From Methanothrix sp. (GTDB lineage: Archaea > Halobacteriota > Methanosarcinia > Methanotrichales > Methanotrichaceae), in assembly GCA_963682135.1 (NCBI GenBank), contig OY821645.1, forward strand, positions 1,088,001-1,152,000: a stretch of DNA of 64,000 nucleotides, given 5' to 3'. The notes beneath the pieces were generated by a model. It did no database searches. It saw only the letters and a list, made by a program, of their open reading frames with translations, and was not told the DNA's origin. Positions 61,463-64,000 of the stretch are shown one piece after another; position 1 is the stretch's first letter, and the number at the start of each line of letters is the position of its first letter. A program made the position numbers and the translations under genes.

Positions 61463-62644
61463 TTAGTATTTTGTTTTATTCGACTCTCTGACGAACATGG
61501 TTACAAGGGTTATGGCAACAGCCAGTAGAGTAAAGGCTTTGACACAGCCCCCGACTCCATGCAGATCAGCCGTCAATCCCGCGATAAGCGGCCCGATCAC
61601 CACACCGCTCATGCGAGCCGTATTGAAGATGCCGTAGACTTCTCCTCTCCGGGAGGCACTGGTTGTATCAGCGATTAATGCTGCAGCTGCTGGGCTCGCC
61701 ATGCCGAGCCCCATGCCAAGACCTGCGAAGAGGAATGTGACGGTTATCATGCCTTCGGCCAGAGGCAGAGCAGCAAAGCTTAAGGCTCCCAGCAGGCAGC
61801 CGGTGAAGATGAGTCTCTTTTTGGCGCCCCGGTCTGCCTGGCGGCCAAAGTAGATATTAAAAAGAGCTGTGCTTCCCCCATAAACCAGGTAGATTACGCC
61901 TACATCCGTAGCATTAAAGCCCAGACCGGCTGCAAAGCTGGGCAGCATGGTGAAGTTGAAGCCGCCCACAACGCCCGCCCAAAGGACCACAGAAGAGCAG
62001 GCTAGAAATGTGAGATGGTAGCCTGGAGCAATAAGCGTTTCATTTCTCCGCGAAGGAAGTGCACCCATCATTACACTTATCTTCTCAGGCTCTTTAACCC
62101 GGAAGTAGACAACAAGAAATGAAATTGCTCCCAGAATAGCCCACAAATAAAAGGGAGCATTCAGTCCGAGATGATCATAGAGCATTCCTCCGATGAGAGG
62201 CCCTAAGGCTAACGCAAAGAAGAATGCCGCGTTGTAACGGCCCATGGCTGCCCCTCGGTTTTCTGCTTTTGCCTGATCGATAATCAGTGCCATGGCAATG
62301 GGCCAGACGGCAGATGCCCCCAATCCCCCCAAAGCTCTGATCAGGAGGAGGGCCTCGGCGCTTTTCGCATAGACGTAAAAAAGTGGCAGGAAGGAGAATG
62401 TGGCCAGGCCCAGGAGCAAGATCTTCTTTCGTCCCATCTGATCGGATAAGCGGCCTATGGGTATCTGGGTGAAAAGCTGCACCGCACCATAGACGGAGAC
62501 AATAAATCCCAGCATGGTATAAGATGCGCCCAGATCCATGACATAGTGAGGAAAGAACGGCGCAACCAGGGAGAATCCCAGGACTGCGACGAATACTGCC
62601 AGATAATGAGGTGCAAGCGAGCCGGAATCTTTGAGCGTGGGCAT
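61463..62644 (-). CDS. MFS transporter
   Basis: About 12 TM; GRLSDQMGRK motif A. Confidence 0.9.
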   Translation of the reverse strand: MPTLKDSGSLAPHYLAVFVAVLGFSLVAPFFPHYVMDLGASYTMLGFIVSVYGAVQLFTQIPIGRLSDQMGRKKILLLGLATFSFLPLFYVYAKSAEALLLIRALGGLGASAVWPIAMALIIDQAKAENRGAAMGRYNAAFFFALALGPLIGGMLYDHLGLNAPFYLWAILGAISFLVVYFRVKEPEKISVMMGALPSRRNETLIAPGYHLTFLACSSVVLWAGVVGGFNFTMLPSFAAGLGFNATDVGVIYLVYGGSTALFNIYFGRQADRGAKKRLIFTGCLLGALSFAALPLAEGMITVTFLFAGLGMGLGMASPAAAALIADTTSASRRGEVYGIFNTARMSGVVIGPLIAGLTADLHGVGGCVKAFTLLAVAITLVTMFVRESNKTKY

Positions 62645-62650
62645 TGATCT

Positions 62651-62884
62651 CTAGAACTTCAGCTCCATGCCAAGAATGGTCTGAGTATAGGTCACTCCAT
62701 TGATCTCTCTAACGCTCAGAACTGCTCTGTTCAGATCGGATATGCTCTCAACCTCTGCCAATGCTATGAAGTCTCGCTCTCCGTAGACCGGCACAACCTC
62801 TCGAATGCCTTTGATGCCCACCAAGCAATCGTGCACCGCCTTTTCCGTTCCAGGCTCAACGTTTATCATTATGAAGCCTTTCAT
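62651..62884 (-). CDS. Stand-alone Lrp/AsnC ligand-binding (RAM) domain
   Basis: FIMINVEPG...VYGERDFI...GV..TQT. Confidence 0.85.
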   Translation of the reverse strand: MKGFIMINVEPGTEKAVHDCLVGIKGIREVVPVYGERDFIALAEVESISDLNRAVLSVREINGVTYTQTILGMELKF

Positions 62885-63450
62885 AATATCGCTTTCCCTT
62901 GATCTTCCCGGCCTTGATTTTCTCTGAGAAGGGCTCTCTGATGAGCTATCTCCGGAGGGGCTTTCTTATCCGGAACGGGAATGCCTCTTTGCACCATGAG
63001 GCTCTTTACCATCTCAATCTCATCCTCCAGGCGCTTCAAAGGCATTGCCTCCCTGGCCAGGAACAGACAACTCAATGCCTCATCGAGCCTCCCTAAGGCC
63101 GTCAATACCGCCGCAGTGGATTCCATGTCATAAGCATCGCCACCTTTTTGGAGAACGCAGTCGTAGACTACAAGCGCCTCTTCCAGCTTCTTAAGGTTTC
63201 TCAGCAAAAAGCCCTTGTTCCTCAGAGCATCCAGATTTTCGGAATCGATGGCCAGGCATCTATCATAGCTTTGCATGGACTCCTCGAAGCTGCCAAGGCC
63301 GTAGAGGGCCACGCCTCGGTTGTTCCAGACCTCCGGGATCTCCTGGTTCATGGCCAGCAGACGCTCGAAGATCTCTAAAGCCTCCTCAAACTTCTTCTGC
63401 CTGACCTTATCAATGCCTTTGTTCAGCAGTACCTTCTCTTTATTGTTCAT
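62881..63450 (-). CDS. TPR protein
   Basis: WNNRGVAL..LG.FEE...YD, NKG.LL repeats. Confidence 0.85.
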   Translation of the reverse strand: MNNKEKVLLNKGIDKVRQKKFEEALEIFERLLAMNQEIPEVWNNRGVALYGLGSFEESMQSYDRCLAIDSENLDALRNKGFLLRNLKKLEEALVVYDCVLQKGGDAYDMESTAAVLTALGRLDEALSCLFLAREAMPLKRLEDEIEMVKSLMVQRGIPVPDKKAPPEIAHQRALLRENQGREDQGKAIL

Positions 63451-63457
63451 AGCCGCC

Positions 63458-63802
63458 TCACATGTATCCCTGGATCGCTGCCGACTCGCTGCCCTTCTTT
63501 GCGTCGATTGGACCTTGTGATACCGATCCCGGCCTCTTGATCTCTCCGAAGACCTTCTCGTAGTCCTTGATATGCTCTACCAGCCAGTTGGCCAGTTCCT
63601 TGGCTGCCAGAGGTGAGAGAATGATTTCCGTATCGATCTTTCTCTCCATGACTGTCATGCTCTTGCCGTCCTCGACCAGCGTCTTTGGCGAGTCATTGTA
63701 AAAAGCAATGCGAAAGTCGTAAGGGCTATGGCCTCCAATGGCGCCTATGGCATAGACCTGGCTAAAATCAGTGCTTTTTGAGATCTCTACTTTAACTTCC
63801 AT
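63458..63802 (-). CDS. DUF3467-like protein
   Basis: YA.GA.GG.SPYDFRI.F, IILSP..AKEL..WL...I..YE..FGEI. Confidence 0.7.
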   Translation of the reverse strand: MEVKVEISKSTDFSQVYAIGAIGGHSPYDFRIAFYNDSPKTLVEDGKSMTVMERKIDTEIILSPLAAKELANWLVEHIKDYEKVFGEIKRPGSVSQGPIDAKKGSESAAIQGYM

Positions 63803-63887
63803 GCATGCGGGATAGGGTCTCCAGCTTAAAAAAGATGATGATATCGAAATGTATTTAGGTGACCTAGCTTCTTGTGTTGCCGATACT

Positions 63888-64000
63888 ATGATTGGGGTCT
63901 TAGGGTTAGAAGACGGTACAAGGGTAGAAGGTACCGGTTTTGGTGCGCCCGGTACGGTCTCGGGTGAACTGGTCTTTACTACCGTTATGTCCGGATATGA
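63888..64000 (+). CDS. carA: Carbamoyl-phosphate synthase small subunit, 5' end (partial)
   Basis: Hand translation MIGVLGLEDGTRVEGTGFGAPGTVSGELVFTTVMSGY. Confidence 0.85.
   Translation, partial: MIGVLGLEDGTRVEGTGFGAPGTVSGELVFTTVMSGY

Overview
Archaeal chromosomal segment; gene content (Fae, two thermosome subunits, RFC-S, GMP synthase subunit A, a Methanosarcinales-type S-layer domain, BHB-intron tRNA-Tyr, bacterial-type GrpE/DnaK/DnaJ) points to a Methanothrix/Methanosaeta-like methanogen (inference). The housekeeping backbone (ileS, rfcS, cbiA-like, pstB-phoU-phoU, ths-grpE-dnaK-dnaJ, guaAA, fae, carA start, tRNA-Leu/Asp/Tyr) is interrupted by three toxin-antitoxin/defence islands (about 1-7.3 kb, 20.8-22.0 kb, 40.2-41.85 kb). 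All three share an architecture: TA modules sit between direct repeats that are either GC-rich non-coding elements or duplicated 3' tails of neighbouring defence/TA genes. No integrase is visible in the window. Other notable items: an in-frame TGA at a 4Fe-4S cysteine, a probable ATT start for rfcS, an orphan Cys-rich RiPP-precursor-like peptide beside tRNA-Asp, a 2465-aa repeat surface protein, a 70-aa sequon-repeat secreted peptide and two secreted paralogues sharing unrecognised motifs. All family calls come from motif recognition by eye; no searches were run.
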